Of a stretch of 64,000 nt of DNA, positions 62,891 to 64,000 are shown piece after piece. This DNA is from a bacterium (GTDB taxonomy: Bacteria > SZUA-182 > DTGQ01 > JAFGSM01): the NCBI GenBank assembly GCA_049472335.1, contig JBLIRO010000013.1:10598-74597 (forward strand), in the 5' to 3' direction. Position 1 is the first letter of the stretch; each line of letters opens with the position of its first letter. The notes beneath the pieces are model-generated. The model saw only the letters and a list, made by a program, of their open reading frames with translations, ran no database searches and had not been told where the DNA came from. The position numbers and the translations under genes are program-made.

Positions 62891-63886
62891 AATAAACCGA
62901 GTTTATCATGAACTATAACAGAATCATTTGACATTAATGGATAATTCAATTAAATTATAAATATAAGATATTAATAGAAAATAAGATAGATTTTATATCA
63001 AGCTAAAGATAATGTTTATTGACGCTCTTCTATTTGAACTATATAAATGTAGAAAATGTTATAATTTTATAATTTCAATCCTGTTATGTTTCTTGATTGG
63101 CATCTTATATTTGCATGGTGAGGCCTATGCACATTGTAATTCCATCTATCCTGATGAGATTATGGACTTTCAATGCGCCATCTTACAATCACATTCAAGG
63201 ATTGAACAGAATATCTGCTCAGAAAGCAGAGATAATAATAAATTCATCACTTCTTTTTGTATACAAATATTTTATATTCATAGTGTTTGTTTAGCAAATA
63301 CCTCTCGTTTTATTGAATGTTCTCATGTAACTGGTTTTAAGAAAAGATTGTTTATGCTTCAGCGTTACAATTCTTAAAATTATATATCTATATGTTTTAT
63401 TCTTGATTTTTTTTTAACAAAAGCTATTTTCTTTTATTAAATATACGGATATATGAATAACATATAAAGAAGAAAACAGAAGTTTCTTAGAAATCATATC
63501 ACAAATTTTATTGATTCAAATAGTTATAATGAGGTGGGTTGTTTGTGACTTATTTATATCTTGTCTTGAAAAAAGTGGTTACCGTTTAATTCGATAATAT
63601 TATTTTTTAGTATGGATTTTTAAACACAAAATTGAATATATTTATTGTTTGATTATACAGAAAAATTTTCTATGTATCCAATATTTGACAATGCCATGCA
63701 GCATTCCATTTTTGCACATTAATGGGATATTGCCCACCATTAGTGTACATAATTAAGGAATATGGAATTCATGGAAATTAGGGCATTTGAGAGGAGGGTG
63801 TTACAAGAGAAATTTGTCTTTATTTTAGTATCTTTTTTATTAACCGGAAAGACTTTAAAGGCAATGAAGTTATTAGGAGGTTAGAA

Positions 63887-64000
63887 ATGAAAAGGAACGG
63901 AATTTATCTATTATTAATCATATGCCTTGTAATTGCTTTCAGCTTCTGTTTTATCCATCAAGTCAATGCCTATTACGGGATGTATGGGATGTATGGCGGC
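63887..64000 (+). CDS. 5' part of a secreted Tyr/Gly/Met-rich protein (runs off the window)
   Basis: AGGAGG RBS; MKRNGIYLLLIICLVIAFSFCFIHQVNA then YYGMYGMYGG. Confidence 0.75.
   Translation, partial: MKRNGIYLLLIICLVIAFSFCFIHQVNAYYGMYGMYGG

Noticed and set aside
63012..63377. 121-aa ORF
   Set aside because: No RBS or recognisable motif; composition typical of a chance ORF in AT-rich DNA

Overview
Bacterial chromosomal window from a diderm, probably anaerobic organism (System II cytochrome c biogenesis, rubredoxin, B12-radical SAM enzymes); no taxon can be assigned from sequence alone. 1-28 kb is mostly housekeeping (guaB 3' end, guaA, glutaredoxin/thioredoxin reductase/rubredoxin, dnaE, accA, ccsBA, CCA-type nucleotidyltransferase, tsaC, purE, lytic transglycosylase, APC-USP permease) with several secreted or outer-membrane hypotheticals. 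About 28.2-44.6 kb is an increasingly AT-rich type II fatty-acid/polyketide cluster: FabG, inactive KS, ACP, FabZ, active KS, PP-loop enzyme, acyl-ACP-reductase-like protein, three B12-radical SAM enzymes, a methyltransferase and two phytoene-desaturase-like genes. Its content resembles proposed ladderane/unusual-lipid clusters. 49.6-64 kb encodes unusual secreted proteins: a SoxB-like metallophosphatase and a DsrE-like protein that share a Pro/Trp-rich N-terminal module, three ~780-aa paralogs ending in PWWSY plus a decayed fourth copy, and tRNA-His. The DsrE-like gene has an in-frame TGA at the family's conserved Cys position followed by a SECIS-like hairpin, so it is a likely selenoprotein truncated in the ORF track. 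All family calls come from motif recognition by eye, not database searches.
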